A stretch of DNA of 64,000 bases from Euglena gracilis (taxonomy: Eukaryota): contig CP154954.1 of NCBI GenBank assembly GCA_039621445.1, positions 47,905,847-47,969,846 on the forward strand, written 5' to 3'. Both the position numbers and the translations under genes were made by a program. Within the stretch, counting starts at the first letter, position 1. Each line of letters starts with the position of its first letter. Of the stretch, positions 1 through 11,874 are shown in pieces. The notes beneath the pieces are model-generated. The model ran no database searches. It had not been told where the DNA came from and saw only the letters and a program-made list of their open reading frames with translations.

Positions 1-175
1 CACTTCAGGTCCCCGCCAAAACAATCTGCCTTCCGCCTGCCCCATTCTTCGGAGTGAGTTGCAAACTTGGGCCCGATGTTGCCATCAGTCTCCGGAATTT
101 CAGGGTCACAAAATTTCCTGTGAAGAAAATAAAAACGCCCACAAAACTGGCTAATTCCCCTGCGCGTGGTGGACT

Positions 176-3100
176 TCAGATGTCACTGGGAAGAGGCCGC
201 GATATATTATCATTTGTGTGGCGATGATCTGTGCAACAACGGTGTCGGCCTCCTTGTAACTCGTCCTCCACCGGCTGGAGGAGTGGGCCGGCAGACTTGG
301 ACTTCATAGCAGCTGGGGGGCAGGGAGCAGGGGCAGTGGCAGCCGTTAAGAAAAGAAACTTTTTGTTTGGACATGTGTGCGTATGAGTGTGAGAGCATCC
401 CCCCCCAGGAAACTGTCACCTGTCAGGTACTTAGATGCTTGATGACCTGACAGAGGTATGTGGCAGGCCCCTATAGTGACAGTATCCCAGGGTCCAGATC
501 AGAGGGAAAAAGGTGGCACTTTCGACCCCCCATTTACCAACAGTCCAGAAAAAAACCGCTTTTCACATTTTGGTTTGGGCATAAAATCTAATTATTTTTC
601 ACCTTCGAAAAAAATCCATTTTCCGGGAGAAAACGTCAAATTTTCCATTTTCCTATGTGACAGGTCAGCGGGTACTATGGAGTTCAGGTGACAGTTTCCC
701 AGGGGAGGGGGGCATCAGGCAAACCCCCATTTTCCTCCCGCCCCCATCCTGGCCAGCTGGTTGAAGAAGAACGCCGCCTGGTCGGCCTCCCCGACCACAA
801 ACACCTCCGCCTTCACCTTGAACTGCTGGCCCGCAGGCCGCCGTCCGGCACGGCCGCCGACACGCCCCGGGACACTCCCGGGGATTCCGGGCCGAGCCAC
901 GCCACACAGCGCCGCGGGACGCCGGCCTGGCCCCAGCCACTCCTTCACGACGCTCTCCTTGATCTGGCTCTGCAGCACCCGCTCCACCACGGCGCTGGTC
1001 CCGCCGGCAGGGCGGCCCCCGGCGACCCAGCCGAGCCCCGAGGACGCCGAAAAGCCCCAGCGTTTGTTTCAAATGAAAAAAAGAAGTGAATGAATTTATG
1101 CGTATGAATACGAATGATGAAAAATGAGCACAGGAGGGTTTTCCGGCCCTAAATAAACACTCTGCAGACTGGCCAAACCACAAGAAAATCGCCTTCTGAC
1201 GGGGGGGGATAAAGAAAGGTGTGCCAAGCATTTTTTTGCAGAACCAAAAAGCTCAATTAACACCTCGCCCAACACATCCCCCCCGAAATTGCCAAACCCA
1301 GGTTGTGTTGGGTTTGAGCCTGATAAGGTGTCAGGATCCCCAGACTTTTTGAGCCTGTGGCCCTGGAGATTGTCGGCAGCCAACATTGGGAATCAGCCAC
1401 AGGCAACCAGGAAGCACAACAAAGAAAAAAAATAGACTTTGATATAGGCGGTGGGTGGTGAAAAGGGGGTGGCCGGCAGGCAGAAAAAAGGTCCGGCGAC
1501 AGGGGTGGATCTCCCAGATTCACTTTTTCTTGGTGAGCCCCCGGGGCTGGCACCTTTTTTTACCCGCCCATTTTGTTTGAGAACCCAGTCAAACACGAAC
1601 CCCCTCCCCCGGGGGTCCACCAACACCAACCCATCCATCAAAACCAACCCAAAATCAGCCCTGAATTTTTCCCTCGACTCACAGGTGGGGGGGGGGGTCC
1701 AGCGGCTGAACCTACCCACCAGTCTCAAAAATCACCGGGGGGGGGGAGGGGTTGAACTGGTGTTAAACGGTTCGACCCCTCTGAGTTGAATGAATCTCTA
1801 ATCGAGGACCCCGCAGCGTTGTGGCAGACGGTGAGGGGCATCGCCCCGGGCGCCGTTGTCACAGCCGTCGCAGCCGCACAGCCGGCCCGCCCGCGCCACG
1901 CAGTCCAGGCAGCCCGCCGCCGCATACCCCCGGGCCTCGGCGTAGGCCGCCATCGCGTCCATGTCGACGCGGTCGATGATGGCCAGCATCGCCGCCCCCG
2001 CCCGGCCCAGGGCCCAACGCCAACGCCCCATCGGCTATTGCTGCTCAATGCGGTGGCAAAATGGTTCGCCCGGCAGTGTATGCAGCAAGCAACCAAGGCT
2101 GCCATGACCAGGGAATTTCTTAAGGACCTCCCGGGGGGGGGGGTCCAGCCTCCGGCTGGCAAGAAGGCTGCTGGCTGGAAACGAGCTGCTGGCTGGACCT
2201 CCCCCCCAGGGGTTGGGGGGGGGGTCCGGGGCTGGAGGGGGCTGGGCTGGGCTGGGTCGATGAAAAACAAAATTTTCTAAAACATTTTTGCCTTCTCGAC
2301 ATTTTGATGGATGGAGATAGATCAAGGCTGGGGGGATGTGATGGAGGAAGCTGTGATGAGAAAAAAAAATGGAGGGACAGCTGGTGAGCTGGGCGGCCCA
2401 GTTGGCTGGCCAGCCTGCAGCCGGCTAGCCCGGCCTCCAGCCGGGCTGGACCCAACTTTATTTCACTCGATCCCCCTCGGGGGGGGGGGGGGCTCCCAGC
2501 CCAGACTTGGGCTGCTGGCTGGATTTGAGCTGCTGGCTGGCTGGACTCCCCCCCCCCGCAACGGGGGATAGGGTACCCTCCGGCGTAAGAAATACGCTGG
2601 CTATGATTGCTGCTGCACATACAGCGCCAGGCTGCTGCGGCACACGAACAGCAACTCACTGCGGCGGTGTGCAGAAGATTCTTTTCTGCGGCATGCTGAC
2701 TGAAGTGTGCTACCAACTGGGAGGCGAGGAAGGCCAGATACTGGCACTAGGCCAGGCGGGGGGCACCAGCAGCCGGTCCATCTGGCAGCAGCACGATGGT
2801 CCCCTGGGTTGACTTGTGGGGACACTCTGTTTCCGCAACCTCTTTACGTGTCTACTGCGTTCTAATCCCGGTTTTCAGAAACTTCAGTCAAAACCTCCAT
2901 TGTCTGATGTGGAGTGCAGGCTTCCTTTTGAGACCCCGGGTGCGTGTGGGACCCCGGGAGCACGATGCAGCACGGGACCAGCGGGGACAACGGCCACCGA
3001 CACCCGATCACCGCCCCCCCCTCCGAGTGAGAAAGCCCTGAGGGGTCCTGCCTTCCCACTGCTGCTAGCACAAAAAGAAGCCTGATGGGGGACAGGAGGA

Positions 3101-5221
3101 GAAGGTGCCGGTTTCGATGCATGAGACATCCAGCCGCAGCGTATCTCACCTCGAAACCGGCACCTTCTCGGACCACTTGTAACCCTCGCTGCCTGAGAGG
3201 AGTCCCCCCTGCGACCTGGGGATGATGGGCGATGCGTCACCCATCATCGTATCAGTGTATCTCTTAATTCCCGCCTTCCCCACACGCAGGAACCAGTCAG
3301 CGGTCAACCATACACCGGGGAAACTCGTGCAAGGCGATTCAAGAACCTTCGAATAAGCTTCACCCATGTTGAACCCATGGATGCATCCATGATGCACCTG
3401 TAGATGGCATGCACAACAACTCATTCCCACAATCAAATAAAAGAAGTTTTACAACAACGGAAAAGCCATCACAAGACAACGAAAAAAAATCACCCTGGGG
3501 GAGCCCCGGGGGGTGACCTGAGGGGGGTGGTGAATGATCCGGGAGAGGGCCAGGGAGGCCATGGACGGCGCACCAGCCGCAGCTGGATCCCGGCCTCCTT
3601 CGCCCGCAGGGGCACTGCCCGCTCCAGCGTCTTCAGCAGGTAGTCAGCCCCAAGGGAGCTGGGCGCCGGCCCCCTGGCAGAGGATCCCCATCGGAACCCC
3701 CCCCCCCGGCCTGCCGGCCGTGCTCCGACGAAGAACACGAAACCACGAGGTGGGCGGTGTGAGAATGGGGGCCACAAAAGATGCATCAAAGGTCTTAGGC
3801 GGAAGTTGCCTAGTGAAATTTACGCCAGACACCTCGGAAAAAAATACTAGAATGACCACCCAAAATAGCTCAGACTTGAATTGACAGAAAATTGAAAACA
3901 AAGATGACAGAAAATTGACAAAAATTTTGGTCTCGGGGGAAAATCAGGGTCAAACAAAAAATGTTTTATGTTCAAACTAATCTTCTAACAAAAGTCCAAA
4001 AATCGCCGGGAAAAATAATTGCAAAAAAAAGCAAAAAAACCCGCAAATTTTGCTAAAATCGAAAAAGGCAAAAAAAAACACACAAAAAATGGATTTTCGT
4101 TTTCCCCCTGATGAAATTAAATAATTCTTCACTCACAATACCACCCCCAAAAATGGGTGTAAATTCTTGACTGCGACATATGTTGTAAATCTGCTGCATC
4201 ATCAAAATCCATGGTAGGTGCAATTTTTGCCAATTTTATTTATTTATTTATTTATTTTTAGTATTTTCCTTCCATTTTCAATCCGAACATGGCAGAAACC
4301 ATGGAAAATTTGCACCAACTCAATCTTCAATTCCAACTCAATTTTTTCCTGTAGAGGTTAATAAAGATGTGGGTGAATATTAAATGGGCAGCCGAGATCG
4401 AGTCCAAGTGAGGATATTACTTAGGATATGCTATTTGGGGTTAAATGCAAAAAATTAATGTGAGACTGATGTGTCCTGTTGCATTGTCCTTGCACTTGGG
4501 TCCACAGGAAACCACAAAAAAATCAGTTGAAGCCTGTGCAATGAGGGGCCACTGGCTTAAACAAGATGTAAGCGAGCACATAATTAAGAGACAATGGGTT
4601 CATAGGGTTGAAAACAGTTTCCTGAGTGCCACAGTTTCCCGGGGAGGACATTAATCTGGGGGGGGGGTAGGTAGGCAGGTTTCCCTCAGCACGGCGGGCT
4701 CACACTGGCCACCCAGTGCCTTGAGGGGGCCGGAGAGGTCTGGAGGAGGAGGTTCACATTCTTTGCCGCTGCCGCCGCCGCACGGCTGACGTCCACCATG
4801 GATGGTGGCAGGCCAACCCCCACTGGGACCTGTCCGGGGGTTATCCTTTGGGCCACTGATGAACACAAACGGGCGGGACGGGCGGCACATGGAAAGCCCA
4901 CAAACAAACCTCCCAACCCACTGGCAAACAACACATGCTGATCGAGGCAGACCAATAAGCAGAAGACCAATAATCAGAATGAAAATTGGAAGCCTTCCAT
5001 GTTAAGTGAAAAATATCGGAATCCTCTCCTCAAAATTCAAAACAGTGGCGGGTGTGGTGAATTCGTTAACTGGGCTTGGAGGACAAAGACTAGTTATTTC
5101 CCAGAGGCGCTTTCCCCCAGAACAGAATCCGACCCCCCTTCACCCGTGGGGGCGTCCTGGCCCGAATCTTGCCCAGGTCCTCCAGGGTGCGATCCAGCAG
5201 AATGTTGACGTAGAACGGCAT
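176..5221 (-). CDS. Multi-exon hypothetical protein (ends and some internal exons uncertain)
   Basis: Chain of GC-rich minus-strand segments: MPFYVNILLDRTLEDL (~5175-5221), VDVSRAAAAAAKNVNLLLQTS (~4735-4800), DYLLKTLERAVPLRAKEAGIQLRLV (~3570-3645), AMLAIIDRVDMDAMAAYAEARGYAAAGCLDCV (~1850-1995), GTSAVVERVLQSQIKESVVKEWL (934-1002), QQFKVKAEVFVVGEADQAAFFFNQL (~755-828). Several are bounded by CAG/CTG paired intron ends. The last exon and stop (176 or 210) are ambiguous. No family recognised. Confidence 0.6.
408..699. mobile_element. Intronic inverted-repeat element (MITE-like)
   Basis: Perfect 15-bp inverted repeat GGAAACTGTCACCTG (408-422) / CAGGTGACAGTTTCC (685-699) around an AT-rich core. 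No clear TSD. Confidence 0.55.
829..933 (-). other. Nonconventional intron (105 nt, in frame)
   Basis: Minus-strand ends GGGC-CAGGCCG ... CGGCCTG-CGGGC form a 7-bp stem with no GT-AG. Removal joins ...KEWL to QQFKVK... The exact register is uncertain. Confidence 0.6.
2109..2599. mobile_element. MITE with degenerate 8-bp TSD, probably a nonconventional intron
   Basis: TIR CAGGGAATTTCTTA / TAAGAAATACGCTG. Flanks GCCATGAC (2101-2108) vs GCTATGAT (2600-2607), 6/8 match. The GCTG-rich core is shared with other copies. Lies between putative exons of the first gene. Confidence 0.65.
2917..3084. mobile_element. Short MITE, CAGGCT-TIR family
   Basis: CAGGCTTCCTTTTG / CAAAAAGAAGCCTG (13/14 inverted). 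Similar termini at 32031, 37927 and 42166. Confidence 0.55.
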
Positions 5222-5439
5222 TTCACGTCATGCAACCCCGCAGGCGGCCGGACCGATGGCTGGGGAGGGGGGCCGGGGCAGGGTCTGACACAAGGAGGGT
5301 GTAGGGTGGGGGGGGGGTGCCCCCCACCGCTTTTAATTCAGCGTGGCTATGATGCAGATGCAGAACATAACTACTTGAAACACATTTCACGATGCAGTGG
5401 GAGAAGGGGTGGTCATTCACGGGAGGTTGGGTGGCCGGC

Positions 5440-5830
5440 GGTTGGGCCGCGGCCGGCCGCGGCATGCCGCGGCCCAACCAAAACAGTGCTTTGGTTGGGC
5501 CGCGGCATGCCGCGGCCCAACCAAAAAATTTTTTTGGTTGGGCCGCGGCATGCCGTGGCCCAACCAGGAACGAATTTTAATGATAAAATTTTTCACTGGT
5601 TGGGCCGCGGCCCAACCAAAAAAAAATTTTGGTTGGGCCGCGGCATGCCGTGGCCCAACCAGGAACGAATTTTAATGATAAAATTTTTCACTGGTTGGGC
5701 CGCGGCATGCCGCGGCTTGCCGCGGCCCAACCAAAAAAAAATTTTGGTTGGGCCGCGGCCGGCCGCGGCCCAACCAGATTAACGTCAGAATTAGTTTCGT
5801 TGGGCCGCGGCCGACCGTGACCCAACCCAA
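5440..5830. repeat. Array of 30-bp palindrome GGTTGGGCCGCGGCATGCCGCGGCCCAACC with AT-rich spacers (left arm)
   Basis: Repeated full and variant palindromes separated by short A/T-rich spacers, some of them duplicated. Confidence 0.9.
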
Positions 5831-5866
5831 AAAAAGAAACGGTTGGGTCGCGGTCGGCCGGCCCCA

Positions 5867-6000
5867 CCCTAACCCTAACCCTAACCCAAACCCTAACCCC
5901 AACCCCAACCCCAACCCCAACCCCAACCCTAACCCTAACCTTAATCCTAACCCTATCCCTAACCCTAACCTTAAACCTAACCCTAACTCTAACCCTAACC
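5867..6000 (+). repeat. Interstitial telomere-like (CCCTAA)n tract, degenerate
   Basis: About 22 hexamers of CCCTAA with CCCCAA/CCTTAA variants. Confidence 0.9.
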
Positions 6001-6013
6001 CCCATCTGAGCTT

Positions 6014-6245
6014 CAAATAACAAAATCCCTTCTGTGTGGGCAACATACTCGGGGGCTAAGTCGTTTTTGTGGCTCACTTTGGCATAGGCGGGGGGGCTCC
6101 GCCCCCCCCGCACCCCGCCCACAAATAAAAAAATCCCTTCCATGTTGGCAATATACTTAGAGGGCTAAGTCCTTTTTGTGCAAATTTTGACTTATATTGA
6201 GAATACAATGGGGAGAGGTGTTCTTTTGCCAAAAGTGGCCCAAAA
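6014..6245 (+). repeat. ~120-bp repeat family (CAAATAACAAAATCCCTTCT...)
   Basis: Near-identical to the tandem units at 11187-11642. Confidence 0.85.
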
Positions 6246-6999
6246 TGGATTTGGGTTCGCTGGGAACGTTGTAGAGACCAATCTAACAACGTTGAGCGGG
6301 AAATATTCTGCTGTTTGGACAAGAATCGTAACCCTAACCCTACTCCTTCAAATAACCTCAAAAACTCTGTTTGGCCACAATGAAACGCCATCATGAAATC
6401 CTTTGCCAGAAATAAAAAAATGAAAATTAAAAAAATTGAAAAAAGAATTGAAAAAAAAATAAAAAAACAAAAAAATAAATAAAACAAAAAAAAAAAAAAA
6501 AAAACAAAAAGAAAAGTCATGTAAAATGACATCAGGTGTGGGGGGGTGTGGTGGGGTGCGGTGGGTGGGGGGGGGCGGATGTGTGCAGGGTCTGGGGAGT
6601 GATAAATTGGCCCCTACAAGTTACCAGCTACCCCAAAGAGCCGCCAAACTAGGGTTAATACACATGGGGGGACCCTCGCTCGGCGCCTTCGGCGCCTCGC
6701 TCGGGTCCCCCCATGTTTTTAACCCTAGTTGGGCGGCTCTTTGGGTTCGCTGGGTACCTTGTAGAGAGCAAGCTAACAACGTTGAGCGGGAAATATTCTG
6801 CTGTTTGGATAAGGATCGTAACCCTAACCCTACTCCTTCAAATAACCTCATGAATTATTTTTGGCCACAGTGAAATACCATCAGGAAATTCTTTTGCAGT
6901 AACAAAAAAATAAAAAATTAAAAAAAAATAAATGAAAAAAAATTAAACAATAAATAAATAGAACGGTGGTTTGCAGAACAGTGCTCGGACAGTCATGGG

Positions 7000-7305
7000 A
7001 GGTTGGGTCGCGGTCGGCCGCGGACGGCCGCGGCCCAACCAAAAAAAATTTTTGGTTGGGCCGCGGCATGCCGCGGCCCAACCAAATCGATTTTTTGGCC
7101 ATAAAACATTCGGTTGGTTGGGCCGCGGCATGCCGCGGCCGGCCGCGGCCCAACCAAAAAAAAAATTTGGTTGGGCCGCGGCATGCCGCGGCCCAACCAA
7201 TTTAAAATTTTGAAAGCCAAAATTCACCGTGGTTGGGCCGCGGCATGCCGCGGCCCAACCAAAATTCTGTTTTGGTTGGGCGACGGCCGGCCGCGGCCGG
7301 CCGCG
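7000..7305. repeat. Array of the same 30-bp palindrome (right arm)
   Basis: Multiple GGTTGGGCCGCGGCATGCCGCGGCCCAACC copies with AT-rich spacers. Confidence 0.9.
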
Positions 7306-8420
7306 GCACCCACCTCCCACAGACCAACCTCCCGTGACATCCCACCCGTGGGAGAAGGGCCCTTTGAGTGGCTTTCAGCGTGCCCTTCGACCGTGCCCTG
7401 TGTGTGAGACCTAAGTTGCGCAATTTTTACCAGGGAGGGGGGAGAAGTGGTTGACTGGTTACTTCTGAGTGACTGCCTGGTTTTAAGTCTGTTGCTGAGG
7501 CTGTACAGGAAGGCCTGGTGGGGGGTGGACTGATCCCCCCCACCCATCGCAGCATCGCGAGGAAAAAATCCTTCGGCACCGAAGGCACCATAAGAAAAGT
7601 TCGACCTAAGAATCGGTGCCTTTCCCAAACATGACCTTTGAATTGGATAAAATCCTTCCCAAAAATGATCCTTACCCACCCCCTGGAGGTGATTGATTTC
7701 TCAAATAAATGATATTAATTATGCTTTTAAACTCCAAAAAAGGCGCCAAATTTTCATGAAGGCTAAGCTTACGCATGTTATACTTGCAAATGGAATATCG
7801 GTGTGAAAAAAACAGCCAAGGAAATCCTCAGCGGCCACTGATTCAGTCAGATGGCAAAGAAATACACCCAGTCAATGGTGTGGAAAAAAAAGGTCCAACA
7901 ATGTTCACAGCAAATCCATTTTTGATCCGAACAAAATGCATCACCCATCAGTGAGATATGTTTTGTTAAAAAAAAAACTGCTAAGACAAAGAAATGCACA
8001 AAACAACGACAGGATCATACAAAAAAGCCAAAGCTCTGGGAGGAACTATCTCTGGTCTATGTTACAAGGGTCAAAAGGGTCAAGACGGTTCGCTACGGTG
8101 AGTGAGTCATGGTTTGAAGCAGGCCCTTCTGTGCGCATAGGTTCGGAAAATAAAATGCCACTAAGTTCATTTCAAAGAACATGTTGCACCTCAAGGGTCG
8201 CTGCAAAGGCAACAGGCCTCCCCCTTTGTCTAAGAACTAAAAAAAGTTGGGGAAGAACTGGGGTGGTGGTGCTGAATTTGTCAAAATAGGGGGTGCTGAG
8301 ACAAACCGACAAGGGGGCCGTTGAAAAAGACAAATTTCCCATTGGGGGGGGGTCCACTGCTAAACTTACAGACATGTTGGCGCAAATATCAACAAAATCT
8401 CACCAAATCAGGATTCAGAG

Positions 8421-8553
8421 ATACATACATACATACATACGTACGTACGTACGTAAGTACATGCATACATGTATACATACATACATACATACATGCATGC
8501 ATGCATACATACATACATACATACATACATACATACATACATACATACATACA

Positions 8554-8584
<31 letters not shown>

Positions 8585-8600
8585 GTATACATGTGTATGT
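8421..8600. repeat. (TACA)n microsatellite
   Basis: Direct inspection. Confidence 0.95.
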
Positions 8601-11186
8601 ATATATATTATAAACATAGAAATTATAAATTTCGAAATTTCCTGATGTCTTCCTTAAAAAAGACACAAAAAAACCCTTATAAAAGATGGGGCTCAACTGG
8701 GGGCTTAGATAAAGGTGGTGCTAGAAAAAAGGGGGCTTGCAGGAACTCCGGGACCATTCTCCCAGTCATAACCATCCTCTCAACCTGCACCGCCCTTACC
8801 CGGGTTTGTGCTGCATGTGCTACAAAGTGCATTGATGACCTACACCAAATATACAAATGACCAAACTAGATTGAGTTCTGAAGAAACAATCTTTGATAGA
8901 TGGGATGTCCGAGTTTGGGTCAGAGTGCTTGTTGACAGATCATCGGGTGGGACTGTCTGCCCCTTTCAGAAAAGCCTTGGCTGGAGTTGGAGAAGGTTCA
9001 CAGAGATTGATGCATTTCGCAGTGGACATGGAATGGGGTGCAGAGTGAGTATCGCGTGCCATGCAAACAACACACCACATGTATGGAGGGCAGAGGGGGC
9101 CGGCGGGGAAAGACGCGGTGCATACCCAAGACGGCACTCAGAACTTCAAATGAACACTGGAGGGGGAGGGACAGTCTCTGGAATTACCAAGCAAAGGGAG
9201 CTTTGCTTTGTTTTTTCCCGCTGTGCATCGCCCAGGCAGAAATGGCCCTCCTCCCTCCAGGCCAAAGGTGAACACACCCACCCCCAAACCCCAGGCCCTC
9301 AGGGGAACAGGCTATTTCACTGACTGCAACCCTGTTGTTTCTGGTTGGCGGAATTTGTCTTTTTTGATGACATAACATTTTATGTTGCACCTGTTGTAGC
9401 ACTTGTAAATCCGTCATACCCGAATCCGACGATATGGATAGTTGTTTGAAGAAGAGCAACAATAAACACTTCTGTACGGCACCTGTTGTGATGGAAGCTC
9501 ATTGGTCCCATGCCAGTCCTTCGCCGTGCAACATCCAATTATGTGACAAGCAGCTGACCAGGTCACTTGGTAAGTAGAGGGAGTAGTGCAAAATAAGATA
9601 GGGCCAAAAAAAACCCGATGGAAAGGTTGAGCAGGTGCATAATGAGCTTCCTCCTCCCTGCGAAGCGGGAGATCCAGCATTGGTTGATCGGTCACGTCCA
9701 CTGCCATTCAACAGGCGTCCAGGAAGGAAAGCCCCCCAAAACAGTTCACTTTCCAGTTCACTTTTGGGGAATTTGAAGCAGACGTTTCTCAGGGCTCCGG
9801 GGGAGGTATCCCGTACCTTCCTTGCTTACCCTCCTCCCTCCTCGGTCGAACGACAGGCAACATCTGTTCTGGACATAGGGTTGTGTTACCAAAAAAAATG
9901 TCCTCTAGCCAGGGGGGGGGGGGGTGCATGACGCCCCGGGAAACTGTCTCAAGCCAAGTTGGCGAATGCAGAGGTATTCAACAAGTTTCGATGAGGACAG
10001 GCCCCGAGTGCAGGACTAGAGGATATTCCCCACCAACTAAAAAAACCCTGAAACTTTTGATTTGTTTGCGTGTTTGTGGCTGGGAAAAAAAGCACATTCA
10101 ATTTTTTTTGACTCGGGAAAGGGGTTTGTATTTCTTTCAATAAAAAAATGCAGAAATTCTCAAAACAATTTGCCAGGAGACAGGGGAAGGAGACAGGTCC
10201 CCACGAGGACAGGATAGCTGGCACAGATGTAGGACCAGGGCGTGGCTTAGCGACCCCTTTCGGGGGGTCCAGCCAAGGCTGGAAAATTTGGGCCGGCTGG
10301 AAATAGGCTGTTGGCTGACCCCCCCCCCCCGGAATGGAACTGGCCCGATTAACCAAAAGTCGACACTGCAAAAAACCCAAAACTGCTAGTTATGGGGGGG
10401 GGAACGTTTTGACTTTTTGACCAAAAAATTGCCGTAGCCAGCCGAATTGCAACCCATCTGTGTCCACAGCCAATCTTTGCACCCCTGCAAAAAGGCAGAA
10501 TCCACTATCGACCAGCCGCCCTTCCAACGGCTGCAAAACTCGTCGATGGGGGCGGGGTCCGAAGCTGGAAAACGGCTGCTGGCTGGCGGGGTGACAGACG
10601 GATTTTTTTTTGGACTGACTGACTCGTTTTAGACCCCCCCCCCCGGGGTCGGCTAACAATGCCCAAAAGTGGCCATCTGGTGTCGAAGGAAGGCACCTGA
10701 AAGGGGCTCTAGGCGGTAGACTGGGGGGGGGGGGGTAGTGGGTGGTCGACCGACTAGTCGGCCGACCAATTGGTCGGTAGCTAGTCGGCGAGACGAGGGG
10801 GGGAGGGGTAGTGGGTAGTCGGCAGACTACTCGGCCGACTACCCACTCTAATGTACTAACGGGTCAAAACCGCCGACTTTTAAGCCCCCCCCATGAAGAA
10901 AATTGTATGCAAACTAGTCGGTGGCTAGTCAGTGGTCATAAAAATGGTCTGTGGCGGGTCCAAATCACCTGGAAATGGTCCGGATTGGTCCAAATAAGTG
11001 CCTTACACCAACATAAACACCCTCAGATGGAAATCTTTGGTCGGTGGGGGTCGGTGGGCCCTTGATGGGGGTCCGGAGGGGTAAAAAACCAAAGATGAAA
11101 CAAGGATTACATGAAAATCCTTTAAAAATGCAAGCATTCTGCATCACGACAGGCTGAAAACTCCCCCCTCCACCCCCATCCGAGCC

Positions 11187-11642
11187 TCAGATAACAAAAT
11201 CCCTTCTGTGTTGGCAACATACTCGGGGGCTAAGTCGTTTTGTGGCTCACTTTGGCATAGGCGGGGGGGGCTCCGCCCCCCCCATCAAATAACAAAATCC
11301 CTTCTATGTTGGCAACATACTTGGAGGGTTAAGTCCTTTTTGTTTTGAAATTTTGGCATCGGCGGGGGGGGGGGGGGCTCCGCCCCCCCGCACCCCCCCC
11401 TCAAATAACAAACTCCCTTCTATGATGGCAACATACTCTGGGGTTAAGTCGTTTTTGTGGCTCACTTTGGCATAGGCGGGGGGTGGGGCTCCGCCCACCC
11501 CCCCCGCACCCCCCCTCAAATAACAAAATCCCTTCTATGTTGGCAATATACTTGGAGGGATAACTCCTTTCTGTGCAAATTTTGACTTATATTGAAAATC
11601 CAACGGGGAGAGGTGTTCTTTTGCCAAAAGTGGCCCAAAATG
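11187..11642 (+). repeat. Tandem ~100-120-bp repeat units (about 4 copies)
   Basis: Recurring AATAACAAAATCCCTTCT...GGCAACATACT...GGCTCACTTTGGCATAGGCGGGG. Same family as 6014-6245. Confidence 0.85.
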
Positions 11643-11874
11643 GACATTTTGCCCCCAGTTTTTTGCATATTCACCCCCCGATTTGGGGGTTCTGGAGCCA
11701 TTTGGGTGGGTTTTGACTGGTGTTGAAGTGATTTGGACAAAAGTTTTTTCTCAGGGGGGGCTTAAAAGTCGGCGAGACTGGCCCGTAACTACATTAGAGT
11801 GGGTGGTCGGCCGACTAGTCGGCCGACAACCCACTACCCCCCCCCCCCTGTCTCGCCGACTAGCTGCCGACCAG

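Larger units (their letters stand above)
5407..7347. mobile_element. 1.94-kb non-autonomous foldback/Mutator-like element with 10-bp TSD
   Basis: Direct repeat GTGGGAGAAG at 5397-5406 and 7348-7357. Imperfect TIR GGGTGGtcatTCACGGGAGGTTGG / CCAACCTCCCGTGAcatcCCACCC. The arms are built from palindrome arrays. Confidence 0.7.

Noticed and set aside
5672-6143. ORFs with GL/PN/RV repeats
   Set aside because: Translations of the telomeric tract and palindromes.
5440-7305. CRISPR-like repeat-spacer appearance
   Set aside because: Spacers are short, low-complexity, variable in length and partly duplicated. The context is eukaryotic, no cas genes are visible, and the array is bounded by TIR and TSD.
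7460-7475. Resemblance of ACTTCTGAGTG to the Euglena spliced-leader 5' end
   Set aside because: The match is short and is part of the reverse-oriented ACCAGTCAGTCAC MITE motif. No SL RNA gene context.
8293-8860. YIHT/MYVC-repeat ORFs, and similar CV/HT ORFs at 28, 41.6 and 61 kb
   Set aside because: Microsatellite translations.
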